A DNA stretch of 64,000 nt. Source: Gammaproteobacteria bacterium. GTDB taxonomy: Bacteria; Pseudomonadota; Gammaproteobacteria; UBA4575. The notes beneath the pieces were generated by a model. That model saw nothing but the letters and a program-made list of their open reading frames with translations, was not told where the DNA came from and did no database searches. How positions within the stretch are numbered: the stretch's first letter is position 1; each line of letters starts with the position of its first letter. The position numbers and the translations under genes were made by a program. Shown piece after piece: positions 9,925 to 21,299 of this stretch. The DNA is taken from contig OY730298.1 in assembly GCA_963422595.1 (NCBI GenBank), forward strand, positions 524,109-588,108. Reading direction: 5' to 3'.

Positions 9925-11256
9925 TCAGGTAGCAGCTTCAGCCTCGTCGGTATCGCGCATACTTTTTAAAAGTCGCAGCGCTTCTTCTAAGGCGTAATCC
10001 GTAGCATCATTTTCACGGGCTTTAGGGATCGTCACGATCGACTGCGGTGTTCTTGCTTTAATTTTGTTTTGGTCTTCATTTTCAAGGTGCCTTGCCAGGT
10101 CCGCCTCAATAATTCCTGTTAAGCCCTTATTTTTTTCTCCCACGTCTTTAGCTTCCTGTAAAAGAATGTCAGGGACAATACCTTCGCTTTGAATCGATCT
10201 TCCGGACGGAGTGTAATAACGCGCCGTAGTTAATTTCAGGGCGGTATTATCTTTGAGGGGTAAAATCGTCTGTACTGAACCTTTCCCAAAGGACGTAGTG
10301 CCCAGTATGGTGGCACGCTTGTGGTCCTGCATGGCGCCGGCGACGATCTCCGAGGCCGATGCGGAACCTTGATTGATCATGACAACTAACGGCGCGCCAC
10401 GTAGCGAATCGTCAGTGTTTGCAGAATATTTTAATTCTGAATCTTCCACACGCCCTTCGGTATACACAATCAGGGCGTTGTCTTTCAGAAACACGTCAGA
10501 AACGCCCACTGCTCCGGTTAGTATCCCGCCGGGATTGTTGCGCAAGTCTAATATCAGTCCCTGCAAATCCCCTTTATTTTTATTTTCCAGGTTTTCAATG
10601 GCGTTCAACAATCCGCGAGTGGTTTTAGACTGAAAATTGGAAATGCGCACATAACCAAATCCAGGTTCAAGTATGCGACTTCTTACACTACGCACTCGTA
10701 TTACATCGCGCGTAATGGTTATGCTTAAAGGTGCTTCTTCACCTTCACGTATAATCATCAAGGTAATCTTTGAACCCCGGTTGCCGCGCATTAGTTTAAC
10801 GGCTTCCTCCAGGCTCATGCCTTTTACGGATTTATCATCCAGCTTAATAATTAAATCACCTGCCTTTACGCCCGCGCGTTGCGCGGGGGTATCATCAATA
10901 GGCGCAATGACTTTTACAAAGCCGTTCTCCATTCCCACTTCAATACCCAGTCCGCCAAACTCTCCTGAAGTGTCGATTTGAAGTTCTCGGAATTGATCCT
11001 CATCCAAAAATGATGAATGTGGATCAAGACCAGTCAACATGCCACGAATTGCATTTTTTAACAGGTCAGTATCCTCTACTTCGGTTACGTAATCCTGCTT
11101 AATACGCGCATAGACGTCTGTAAAGGTGCGCAAGTCTTCCAATGGTAAAGACACGGTCTTGTGTTTGTCTGCCCATACACCATGAGCCAGAGTCAGGCTG
11201 AGGCCGAGCACTACTCCGTACATTACCCCGGTGCCTATGGAATACTTAAATTTCAT
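9925..11256 (-). CDS. ctpA: Carboxy-terminal processing protease, S41 family
   Basis: LDPHS, PDZ GGLGIEV, DLRNNPGG, SASASEI, GKGSVQ; start moved to the ATG at 11256, which follows an AGGAGA RBS. Confidence 0.95.
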   Translation of the reverse strand: MKFKYSIGTGVMYGVVLGLSLTLAHGVWADKHKTVSLPLEDLRTFTDVYARIKQDYVTEVEDTDLLKNAIRGMLTGLDPHSSFLDEDQFRELQIDTSGEFGGLGIEVGMENGFVKVIAPIDDTPAQRAGVKAGDLIIKLDDKSVKGMSLEEAVKLMRGNRGSKITLMIIREGEEAPLSITITRDVIRVRSVRSRILEPGFGYVRISNFQSKTTRGLLNAIENLENKNKGDLQGLILDLRNNPGGILTGAVGVSDVFLKDNALIVYTEGRVEDSELKYSANTDDSLRGAPLVVMINQGSASASEIVAGAMQDHKRATILGTTSFGKGSVQTILPLKDNTALKLTTARYYTPSGRSIQSEGIVPDILLQEAKDVGEKNKGLTGIIEADLARHLENEDQNKIKARTPQSIVTIPKARENDATDYALEEALRLLKSMRDTDEAEAAT

Positions 11257-11442
11257 TATCGTTCTCCTGGACGTTAAGCCTTCCGTTCTGTTATGTTTAT
11301 TATGAGAGGAAAAAACATATACGCAACACATTTAACTGGCGATTAGATTGGTTGTATATACCGGCTATCATCTTATTTATATGCGCAGGCTTGCACTTGC
11401 GCATGGCCAACAAACCCATCGTTAGCAAACAGCATAGTATAT

Positions 11443-12615
11443 CTAGCCAGGGCTCATCGCCGATACCGGCCTGGTACACCAGATCTCCGGATTTACCGGC
11501 TTACCCTGTTTACGGATCTCAAAATATAAGCCGGCGCGTGTATTGCCGCCACTGTTCCCCACCGTAGCGATACGCTCGCCGGCATTTACCCATTCTCCGG
11601 GGTGCTTATAAAGGCTTTGATTGTGACCGTATAAACTCATATACCCATCTCCATGATCAACGATAATTAATAACCCTAAGCCTCGCATCCATTCGGCAAA
11701 GGCGACGCGGCCGGCAAAAATACTATGCACGTTATTGCCTTCATCACTCGGAATAAACACCCCTTGCCAACGTAACTTACCTGGCCCCGAATTACGCCTT
11801 TGTCCATACTGATTCCCGGGCTTGCCAGTAACTGGCCAATACAGCCTGCCTTTAAATTCCTGAAACCTCTGCCCTTCTTTAAGGATTGGCATACTGTCCG
11901 AAGTTTCGCCTAAATTTTTAATCAACTCCTTTAATCGCCTCTCATCGTCCTCAAGGTCAATCAGCCTTACTTGTTCGGTAGAAACCCTGGCATTCAAGTC
12001 CGCAAGTATGGACTTTCTGTTCTGTTGTTGTCTCTCTAAGCGTTGTTTTTGGTTTAACAACTCAACTTTCATTTGGGCAATTGAATTCTGTTCTTCCATG
12101 ATTCCTGTTTGTACTTCATCTATAGACAACAGTATTTCTCTTACCTGCTCAATTTTGCGTAATCGCGCGCGCTGTAAATAATCATAATAAACTAGCGTTC
12201 GTGCCAGCTTCGTAGGTTCTTGCTGGTTGAGCAGCAGTTTTAGTTTTCCCTGGCCGCCGTATAAATATTCAGATCTTATGTGCGTGTATAAAATACGGCG
12301 GTGTACAGACAGTTTTTTTGATAACCGTTGTTTTTGCGTCGCCAATTCCTGAACTCGTTGGTGACTATCTTCCAATATAGATTCGGACTCGTTAAGTTTA
12401 CGGTTTAGCTGACCGAGCATTTGTTCGGACCTGCGCAACTCTTTTTCCAGCTTGCCAAGCTCATCACGGTCTTCCTCAAGCTGGTGTTGACTTTTTTGAA
12501 TCTGCGCCTGAATTTTTATAAGCTGTTCTTCCACCTCCTGCCGGTAGGGATCGGCTTGGGAACTGGCGACCAGGCCGAGCCAGCAAGTCAGCACCGCATA
12601 AAATAATACCCGCAC
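11443..12615 (-). CDS. envC: Murein hydrolase activator (coiled coil + M23 domain)
   Basis: Signal peptide, long coiled coil, WQGVFI, DHGDGYMSLYGHN, LYFEIR; upstream of ctpA. Confidence 0.9.
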   Translation of the reverse strand: MRVLFYAVLTCWLGLVASSQADPYRQEVEEQLIKIQAQIQKSQHQLEEDRDELGKLEKELRRSEQMLGQLNRKLNESESILEDSHQRVQELATQKQRLSKKLSVHRRILYTHIRSEYLYGGQGKLKLLLNQQEPTKLARTLVYYDYLQRARLRKIEQVREILLSIDEVQTGIMEEQNSIAQMKVELLNQKQRLERQQQNRKSILADLNARVSTEQVRLIDLEDDERRLKELIKNLGETSDSMPILKEGQRFQEFKGRLYWPVTGKPGNQYGQRRNSGPGKLRWQGVFIPSDEGNNVHSIFAGRVAFAEWMRGLGLLIIVDHGDGYMSLYGHNQSLYKHPGEWVNAGERIATVGNSGGNTRAGLYFEIRKQGKPVNPEIWCTRPVSAMSPG

Positions 12616-12769
12616 GTTTGATCAGGTCCCGCGTATAGTTAAAATCGATACATAAAGGTACTTTAGAATTAACTTATAAGTCCATGAATTAAAATCCTTA
12701 TTAACGTATTTAATCAATAATATAATGAAGTTTTAATTGTTAATTTAAAAAACACGGGGTAATGTAGAA

Positions 12770-12990
12770 ATTGCAGGTGCTTCCACGTTGTTTGTTGATG
12801 CAGGCAAAACAACAAACGGCTATGCGCAGATTGACTTAGCGTAACTTAACGCCTACGTCCTGGAAAGGCAGAGTGCTGCTCTGTGAGTACGAGACAAAAT
12901 TGACATAACGACGCATGATCGACGCGACAAAGCATCTCAAGGCAAAATAGCTTGCAATGAAAGCCCACTTTAAAGTGGGCTTTCATTTGC
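12770..12990 (+). ncRNA. Candidate intergenic small RNA (5' boundary approximate)
   Basis: No substantial ORF; AT-rich promoter-like tract upstream, several hairpins, ends in a palindromic terminator. Confidence 0.3.
12956..12987. terminator. Perfect 32-bp palindrome, probably a bidirectional intrinsic terminator
   Basis: AATGAAAGCCCACTTT-AAAGTGGGCTTTCATT, 70 bp downstream of the selD stop. Confidence 0.8.
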
Positions 12991-13056
12991 TCAAATGATT
13001 AACTGCGGTTGCTGATTAATCAGGGAGCTGGTAAAAATCGGCTGCCTCTAAAAAAA

Positions 13057-15330
13057 CTAGCCGGTTTTTATGTCAATTGACTCCGCCGCATCAGTTCGTT
13101 GTTCTACTTGTCCGATTATACAGGCATGCCGGTAACCTAGTTTACGCAAGTCTGCAACACACGAGTTCGCATGTTGTTTTGGTATGGTAGCAAGTAGTCC
13201 GCCTGCCGTTTGCGGGTCAAATAGCAGCGGATAGAGTTCATGATTTACAGCTTCTCGCTGGTTTTTAATGGCGCGGCGCAAACGAATATTTGAAGGTTGC
13301 AGAGAACTGAGAATGCCTGCCCGTGTCGTTTCCAGTGCCCCATCAAGGATTGGTAAGGCATCCAGATGAATCGTTACGTCCACTTGCGCGGCACGCACCA
13401 TCTCTACTAGATGCCCCAGCAAGCCAAAACCGGTTACATCGGTGCAAGCGTGTACATCGTGGTCATATAAACATTGTGCGCCTGCATAATTGGAGTGGAT
13501 CATGGAATTTATTGCCTGTGTAATCCAGCGGCCTTTGGCCTTACCACGCATGTCGGCGGCAAATAATGTTCCCGTACCAATGGGTTTAGTAATAATTATG
13601 GCATCTCCGACTTGCATGCCACTCTTGACAAGTAATTTTTCCTTTTCAACCAGTCCGGTGACACTTAGGCCAAATGATAATTCCGCGCCCTCGCTGGAGT
13701 GACCGCCTATAAGAGACGTGCCATGTTGGTTCAGGACTCGTAAAGCACCAGCCATCATTTGATGGAGCTGTTGCTCTACAACCTGCTCTCTGCCAAATGG
13801 CACAGTTGCTATCACCATGGCTGCCTGGGCTTCTGCCCCCATTGCGAATACGTCCCCTAAGCCATGATTTGCAGCAATTTGTCCGAATACATAAGGGTCG
13901 TCTATAAATGAACGAAAGTAATCCACCGACTGTACCTGTACTTTTCCGGAGGGAATTTCTAACACCGCGGCATCATCCGCTGCTTCAAGCCCAAGTAGCA
14001 CGTCATCTCGTGATGCTGTAGATAGTTTACTGATTACCCGGCTGAGAACGTTACTACCAACTTTCGCGCCACATCCTCCGCAGCGCATGGCGATAGCGGA
14101 AATTTCCTGGCGCGCGTCGCTGCTAACTAAATCACTTTTAATGCTTGCATCTTTGTCGCCTTCCATCTCGGGAAGATCGTTGTACTTACGCATAAATTTG
14201 CGATCAATATAGTCTTTAAGTTTCCATACCCAAGCCCCTTCTAAAGCCAATGTACCGCGCGATGCCACAGCATATTTATCGCCTGTGCTGATTAAACTTA
14301 GAAAACTAATTTGTGGCGCATGTCTCTTTAGCCGGGTGTTGGTAAGCGCCCGCCTTATATTTTTATATAGGGGCGGGCCTTGCCGTACTGCAAATACACC
14401 CGATTTAGGACGCGGATAATCAGTTACGGTGGCAACGTCTCCGGCAGCAAAAATATCGGGGTGAGATATAGATTGCAAAGCATCATTCACTTTTATAAAG
14501 CCCCGATCATCTACGGCAAGCCCGGATTCTTTACACCAGGCTGGAGCCGCAGCATGCGTGGCCCAGATGATGGCATCGGCATATAGAGATTTTCCGGAAT
14601 CCAGTGCGACATTATTTGCATTGACACTATGTACCTTGCAATCCTGGTGTACTACAACGCCGCGTTTTGTCAACATGCGCGTGAACCGAATTTGTACGGA
14701 ATGATTGTGCGTCGGCAGGACCGAACCATTTCCGGAAATCAGATGAAAACGGAGTTTGGCGGCAGACAATGAGCGTTTGCGTAATAATTCACGTAAATGA
14801 AATTGCGTTGACAAAGTAACCTCGACTCCACCAGCACCTGCGCCTGCAACCACAATTTGATAATTACCTTTGCGTTCTATTATTTGTCGTATTACCGTAT
14901 TCCATTTTTGCAAAAACTGATTGACAGGCTTTATTGCCAAGGCGTGTTCTTTTGATCCAGGCACTTCAATTTGAGAAGGGGTAGACCCGGTATTTACGGA
15001 AAGCACGTCGTAACGTATGGGTGGACGGCCTCCACAAATCACATGTCTGTTTTCCAGGTCAAGTGAAGTGGCAGCGGTATGAAACAGACGTGCGCCGGCA
15101 AATCGTGCCAACGGCTGTAGGTCAATATGACTCTCATCATAATTGTAATGACCCGCAATATAGCCCGGTAACATTCCCGAGTAGGGTGTATGTACATCGC
15201 GAGTAATCAGGGTGATTCGCAGACCGGGTAAAGATTGCATGCCGAATTTTTTCAACACCGCAACATGGCTATGCCCCCCACCAATCAATACCAGGTCCTT
15301 GATAACTGGCATATTTGTAGAGGTTTGCAC
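13057..15330 (-). CDS. selD: Selenide, water dikinase fused to an N-terminal pyridine nucleotide-disulfide oxidoreductase domain
   Basis: N-terminal LIGGGHSH, YSGMLPG, GAGAGGVE, FAAGD; C-terminal MRCGGCGAKVG, DDAAV, TDVTGFGLLGHL, DPQTAGGLL. Confidence 0.93.
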   Translation of the reverse strand: MQTSTNMPVIKDLVLIGGGHSHVAVLKKFGMQSLPGLRITLITRDVHTPYSGMLPGYIAGHYNYDESHIDLQPLARFAGARLFHTAATSLDLENRHVICGGRPPIRYDVLSVNTGSTPSQIEVPGSKEHALAIKPVNQFLQKWNTVIRQIIERKGNYQIVVAGAGAGGVEVTLSTQFHLRELLRKRSLSAAKLRFHLISGNGSVLPTHNHSVQIRFTRMLTKRGVVVHQDCKVHSVNANNVALDSGKSLYADAIIWATHAAAPAWCKESGLAVDDRGFIKVNDALQSISHPDIFAAGDVATVTDYPRPKSGVFAVRQGPPLYKNIRRALTNTRLKRHAPQISFLSLISTGDKYAVASRGTLALEGAWVWKLKDYIDRKFMRKYNDLPEMEGDKDASIKSDLVSSDARQEISAIAMRCGGCGAKVGSNVLSRVISKLSTASRDDVLLGLEAADDAAVLEIPSGKVQVQSVDYFRSFIDDPYVFGQIAANHGLGDVFAMGAEAQAAMVIATVPFGREQVVEQQLHQMMAGALRVLNQHGTSLIGGHSSEGAELSFGLSVTGLVEKEKLLVKSGMQVGDAIIITKPIGTGTLFAADMRGKAKGRWITQAINSMIHSNYAGAQCLYDHDVHACTDVTGFGLLGHLVEMVRAAQVDVTIHLDALPILDGALETTRAGILSSLQPSNIRLRRAIKNQREAVNHELYPLLFDPQTAGGLLATIPKQHANSCVADLRKLGYRHACIIGQVEQRTDAAESIDIKTG

Positions 15331-15535
15331 GTAATATCCCTGTCAGATTAACCCGTGTAGATGATTTGTGCGGTTACCAGCAAAGCACTCATGTAATCAA
15401 CAGGGAAAAAATTACGATGAGTATATTAATTATTCAAGCTGAGGCTGTGGGTGTTAATGATCTTTAGTGTAACAGCTTCATCAGTAGCATTGAGTAAAAT
15501 TGATAGAAATTACCAATCAATTAAGATTGAGGGAG

Positions 15536-17152
15536 TTACAATGCTAAGTCATGTATCTCCACTGTGTGGCTTTTGTCAGGCGTCTGTGAAAAGTAATCAT
15601 CCAGGAATTGACTGAAAGATGTGGTGTCGGAGACTTCAATTTGCCTTTGCTTGTTAACCGATTGTCGGGCGACATTGGTGAAAAAGGTCGTGTCTTTTGT
15701 ATTTAACGCGTCGTCGCATAGTTGATACCGGTGCATTTTGGATAAACGACTGGCGATTTCAAAAAATCCTTCATTACCGGCACGCATTTCATCTAACATA
15801 CGCGCGGCGGGCGTCAATGATGCATCTTCGATAACGGCGATTTGCTCCTGAAGCGCAGTGCTGTAATTATCATTCTGGCTTTCCTTGTCCAGTACTTCAC
15901 ATAGCGCCTGCATTGCATGCAGGATTTCTGTGCCCCAATGTCGTATAGAAACTGTTCGCCTTTCTCGTAGTAGCCTAAGCTCCGTATCACGACCTTGGTG
16001 AGCAGTTTTAATCTCGTTGCCGTCAATATCCCGCCGTTCCGAGCCGTCGATCAATGGGCTGCTCTGCAAAAGACAAAAAACCATAAAGGCCTCTAAAAAA
16101 TATAGCTGCGAGGCGCTAACACCTAAAGGTTCATACAAGTTTAAGTCCAAGGATCGTAGCTCAACGTATTGAACACCGCGCTGGATAAGCGCGTGAGTGG
16201 GCTTTTCATTATTAATCGAGGGCTGTTTCGGCCGAATCGTGCTGTAGTATTCGTTTTCGATTTGCAGAATATTGGCATTTAACTGGCGATATTCGTCGGC
16301 AACCTTCACACCGATCTTTGCATATTCAGGGTACGGTGTTTCTATAGCATGCGTTAAACATTGAATATAAGAATCCAGGTTGTCATAACACGCCTTAATT
16401 CCGACCTCACTTTCTCTTTTGTTGTTGTAGCCAATGTCGCCCATGCGTAGTGTGGTCGCATAAGGCAAGTAGTAGGTTGTGCCATCAAATCTCTCCAGTT
16501 TATTCGATTGCCCTTGTAAAAAAGATTTACAAATCGCCGGCGAGGCTCCAAAAAGATAATAAATTAACCATCCATAGCGTTGCAGATTGCGAATCAATGC
16601 AAAATATTGCGCTGTAACAAAATCCTGTAATGGCATATCCTGATTTAATAACTCGCGGTAATACGGCCACAAGGAATCCTGCATAGAATAGTTGAAGTGC
16701 ACCCCGGCAATCACTTGCATCATTTTGCCATAGCGGTAGCCTAAACCCCGTCGATAAACGGTCTTCATCATGCCCAAATTTGAATCACCATATTGTGCAA
16801 TCGGAATGCTTTCTTCGCCCGCTACAACACATGGCATGCTGGCGTTCCATAGCAATTCATCCTCTAGCTGCGCGTAAACAAACTGATGGGTCTTGCGTAA
16901 GAATTCCAGCACCCCGCTTACCCCTTGTATAGGGGGCGTAATAATTTCTAACAGGGCTTCAGAGTAATCCGTGGTGATGTACGGGTTAGTAAGAGCAGCA
17001 CCTAAAGTAGCCGGATGTGGTTTCCGCGAGATTTTCCCATCACTGTCAACTCTTAAAGATTCCTTTTCTAAACCGATGTTGCCACCAAGCAATAGATGCT
17101 GCTGTCCATCCTTAAGTATATTTGACAGTCTTTGGTGCAGTTGCCTGTACAT
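15536..17152 (-). CDS. gshA: Glutamate--cysteine ligase
   Basis: GLEKESLRV, ITTDYSEALLE, GVHFNYS, ILQIENEYYS, YVELRSLD. Confidence 0.97.
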   Translation of the reverse strand: MYRQLHQRLSNILKDGQQHLLLGGNIGLEKESLRVDSDGKISRKPHPATLGAALTNPYITTDYSEALLEIITPPIQGVSGVLEFLRKTHQFVYAQLEDELLWNASMPCVVAGEESIPIAQYGDSNLGMMKTVYRRGLGYRYGKMMQVIAGVHFNYSMQDSLWPYYRELLNQDMPLQDFVTAQYFALIRNLQRYGWLIYYLFGASPAICKSFLQGQSNKLERFDGTTYYLPYATTLRMGDIGYNNKRESEVGIKACYDNLDSYIQCLTHAIETPYPEYAKIGVKVADEYRQLNANILQIENEYYSTIRPKQPSINNEKPTHALIQRGVQYVELRSLDLNLYEPLGVSASQLYFLEAFMVFCLLQSSPLIDGSERRDIDGNEIKTAHQGRDTELRLLRERRTVSIRHWGTEILHAMQALCEVLDKESQNDNYSTALQEQIAVIEDASLTPAARMLDEMRAGNEGFFEIASRLSKMHRYQLCDDALNTKDTTFFTNVARQSVNKQRQIEVSDTTSFSQFLDDYFSQTPDKSHTVEIHDLAL

Positions 17153-17325
17153 GTAACTGAAAATTATTGCTGCCTGACTCGAGTTGGTAATGGTAATTTG
17201 TCAGGGAAGTCATCGTATCTTTATCCGGTTAAGATATGTAAACAGATGAGTGATAAGTTTAATTCCAAATCCGTCCAGGATTATTAAATTAAAGCCTGGC
17301 GATAGAGTAATTACAAAATTGCAAT

Positions 17326-17874
17326 TTATGCAAGTTCGTTAGTGAGTCGTCGCCAGTCAAAAACTGCTCCCGGATCTGTTTTACGATTAGGAGCGACATC
17401 AGAATGCCCAACAATTCTCTGTTTATGTATGGATGGGTAAGCGATACGTAGTATATCAATCAATGCGGCTAACACCGAATATTGGGCGTTTTCATAAGGT
17501 AGTTTATCGGTGCCTTCTAATTCTATACCGACTGCAAAATCGTTACAGTTCCTGCGTCCCTGATATTCCGAGATGCCCGCATGCCATGCGCGACGATTAA
17601 AGGGGACAAATTGTACCATATCTCCATCCCTTTTTATCAGAACGTGTGCAGACACCTTCTGTCTAATTATGGATGTAAAGTAGGGATGTGCTTTTGGGTC
17701 AAGCTGGTTGGTAAATAATTGTTCTATATAAGGGCCACCAAATTCATTCGGCGGCAGGCTTATATTGTGAATAACGATGAGCGCTGGCGCGCAGCCGCGG
17801 GGACGATCATCTGCATTGGGTGAGGGCATATAACGTACACCAGCGATTAGATGACTGGCAGGATCAACACGCAT
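17326..17874 (-). CDS. ampD: 1,6-anhydro-N-acetylmuramyl-L-alanine amidase
   Basis: IHNISLPP, VSAH, RAWHAG, GIELEG, GHSDVAP.RKTDPG; probable start at the ATG at 17874. Confidence 0.95.
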   Translation of the reverse strand: MRVDPASHLIAGVRYMPSPNADDRPRGCAPALIVIHNISLPPNEFGGPYIEQLFTNQLDPKAHPYFTSIIRQKVSAHVLIKRDGDMVQFVPFNRRAWHAGISEYQGRRNCNDFAVGIELEGTDKLPYENAQYSVLAALIDILRIAYPSIHKQRIVGHSDVAPNRKTDPGAVFDWRRLTNELA

Positions 17875-17933
17875 ATTTAAGTAAGCGTAGCACGTGCCAT
17901 GCGAGGCATAAAAATAAATGCAAAAACCAACAC

Positions 17934-17960
17934 AAAAAAGGCCCCGCAATGCGAGGCCTT
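17934..17960 (-). terminator. Intrinsic terminator of groESL
   Basis: Minus strand AAGGCCTCGC-ATT-GCGGGGCC followed by TTTTTT. Confidence 0.85.
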
Positions 17961-17997
17961 CAGGGTAAGGTATTTACTCAATTCTGGTCTGGCAGGA

Positions 17998-19662
<1,665 letters not shown>

Positions 19663-19692
19663 CTAAATGCGTTATAATTTTATACTTGGAGA

Positions 19693-19983
19693 TTAGTCTT
19701 CGATAACTGCCACGACGTCGTCTTCACGCATCACCAGCAGCTCTTCTCCGTCGACTTTTACTTCGGTGCCGGAATATTTTCCAAACAACACCTTGTCTCC
19801 TGCCTTTAAATCCAGCGCCCGAACGTCACCACTGTCAGTTATCTTGCCATTTCCAACAGCAACCACTTCACCTTTAATAGGTTTTTCTGTAGCAGAATCG
19901 GGAATCACAATACCGCCTGGACTGGTACGTTCTTCCTCCATACGCTTGACGACCACTCGGTCATGCAATGGACGTATCTTCAT
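19693..19983 (-). CDS. groS: Co-chaperonin GroES
   Basis: [27 protein letters not shown]. Confidence 0.99.
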   Translation of the reverse strand: MKIRPLHDRVVVKRMEEERTSPGGIVIPDSATEKPIKGEVVAVGNGKITDSGDVRALDLKAGDKVLFGKYSGTEVKVDGEELLVMREDDVVAVIED

Positions 19984-20047
19984 TAGAATCGCCTCCTTAA
20001 TATAGGGTTAGTTATAGCTTGTAATAGTAAATTTGTGAGAGTTATTA

Positions 20048-20074
20048 TTAGCACTCTTGTTTAATGAGTGCTAA
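20048..20074. promoter_or_regulatory. CIRCE operator (HrcA site) upstream of groESL
   Basis: Exact TTAGCACTC-N9-GAGTGCTAA; minus-strand TTGACT-N16-TATTAT promoter-like hexamers abut it. Confidence 0.95.
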
Positions 20075-20124
20075 TAATACGAATAAAGCAGACTAAGTCA
20101 AGCGTTTTCTACACTGGCTTTAGG

Positions 20125-20592
20125 CTAATCGTTCTTGTGGCGACGGGGGGCTTCTCCTTCATAGACGTTGCCGCCTTGGCGTGGTGTGCGAGTGGTGTGC
20201 ATAGTTACGCCCACTAGCGGGTTAACGCGCAACATGAACCAAGCGATAATGATTCTCCTGGAGGACGGTATCAGACAAACAAAACCTACTCCATCAGTAA
20301 AAAACCCCGGGGTAAGGAGCAATGCACCGCCGATTAACAATGCTATGCCCTCTAAAAGCTCAGTTGCTGGCAGTCGCCCTTCGCTTAAGGCACGATGAAA
20401 ACGCAGATAAGTCTGTAGTCCCTGAGTGCGCAGCAATGCCGCCCCTATCACGGCCGTCAACACGACTAAACCGATGGTGGGCATAACTCCAATAAGGCCA
20501 CCCATCTGAATAAGCAGATAAATTTCAATGATTGGCACAATTAAAAAAATTGTTACCAGTGCAAGAGGTAATCTAACTCGAAGCGACGCCAT
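20125..20592 (-). CDS. fxsA: FxsA family membrane protein
   Basis: PIIEIYLLI, GALLLTPGFFTD; upstream of groES. Confidence 0.93.
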   Translation of the reverse strand: MASLRVRLPLALVTIFLIVPIIEIYLLIQMGGLIGVMPTIGLVVLTAVIGAALLRTQGLQTYLRFHRALSEGRLPATELLEGIALLIGGALLLTPGFFTDGVGFVCLIPSSRRIIIAWFMLRVNPLVGVTMHTTRTPRQGGNVYEGEAPRRHKND

Positions 20593-20978
20593 CGTAAGCC
20601 TTTATGGTACTAAAAAACGTAGAGTTTTGGATGTAGAATGGCCTTTTCCCGGTGCCATTCCCAGTACCATTTTGGGCCGTAAGACGTAGCAATTGCACAA
20701 CTTGCAGAAAGCACCGACCAGACCAAGTAAGATATAGCCAATGAGCGGGTAACCCAAATTAAATATAAACTGTGTTGCCCGAAGTTTTCCATACTATCCG
20801 ATAACCAATTATTTGCTAACACTATAAGATTAAGGGGCGACCCTAGACGTGTTATATGGGTTGAGTCCCTTACTGTTAACGATAATATGAGGCTACCAAG
20901 CTTAAACATCAATACCTTTTATAATAAAGTACGCTGTGGAACGTGGCTTGTAAGGTTGTTTATTTATTGATTATCTGT

Positions 20979-21299
20979 ATGTCTGACCATATATTAGTAC
21001 TAACCGCTTTTCCGGATATCGACACCGCTCAGCGGCTGGCCAAGCAAATAGTGCGGGCAAATCTCGCTGCATGTGTGAGCATCCTGCCCCAAGCACAGTC
21101 TATCTATACATGGCAAGGCAAGGAGTGCACGGCTATTGAGCATATCGCATTAATAAAAACCACTGAAAGTAGCTATTCTAAACTCGAATCCTATATCCAA
21201 AGTCGGCATCCCTATGAACTTCCGGAAATTATTGCGACTCCTATTACAATGGGACTGGAGAATTATTTAACCTGGATAACACAAGGCGCGCACGGATGA
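20979..21299 (+). CDS. cutA: Divalent-cation tolerance protein
   Basis: LAACV, SIYTWQG, HPYELPEI; overlaps the dsbD start. Confidence 0.93.
   Translation: MSDHILVLTAFPDIDTAQRLAKQIVRANLAACVSILPQAQSIYTWQGKECTAIEHIALIKTTESSYSKLESYIQSRHPYELPEIIATPITMGLENYLTWITQGAHG

Noticed and set aside
12810-12845. tmRNA tag-like reading (KTTNGYAQIDLA-stop)
   Set aside because: No tRNA-like GGGG 5' end or TTCGA...CCA 3' end, and the tag does not end in the usual ALAA
20610-20912. 100-aa ORF between fxsA and cutA
   Set aside because: No motif or clear RBS; likely a spurious ORF in a divergent promoter region
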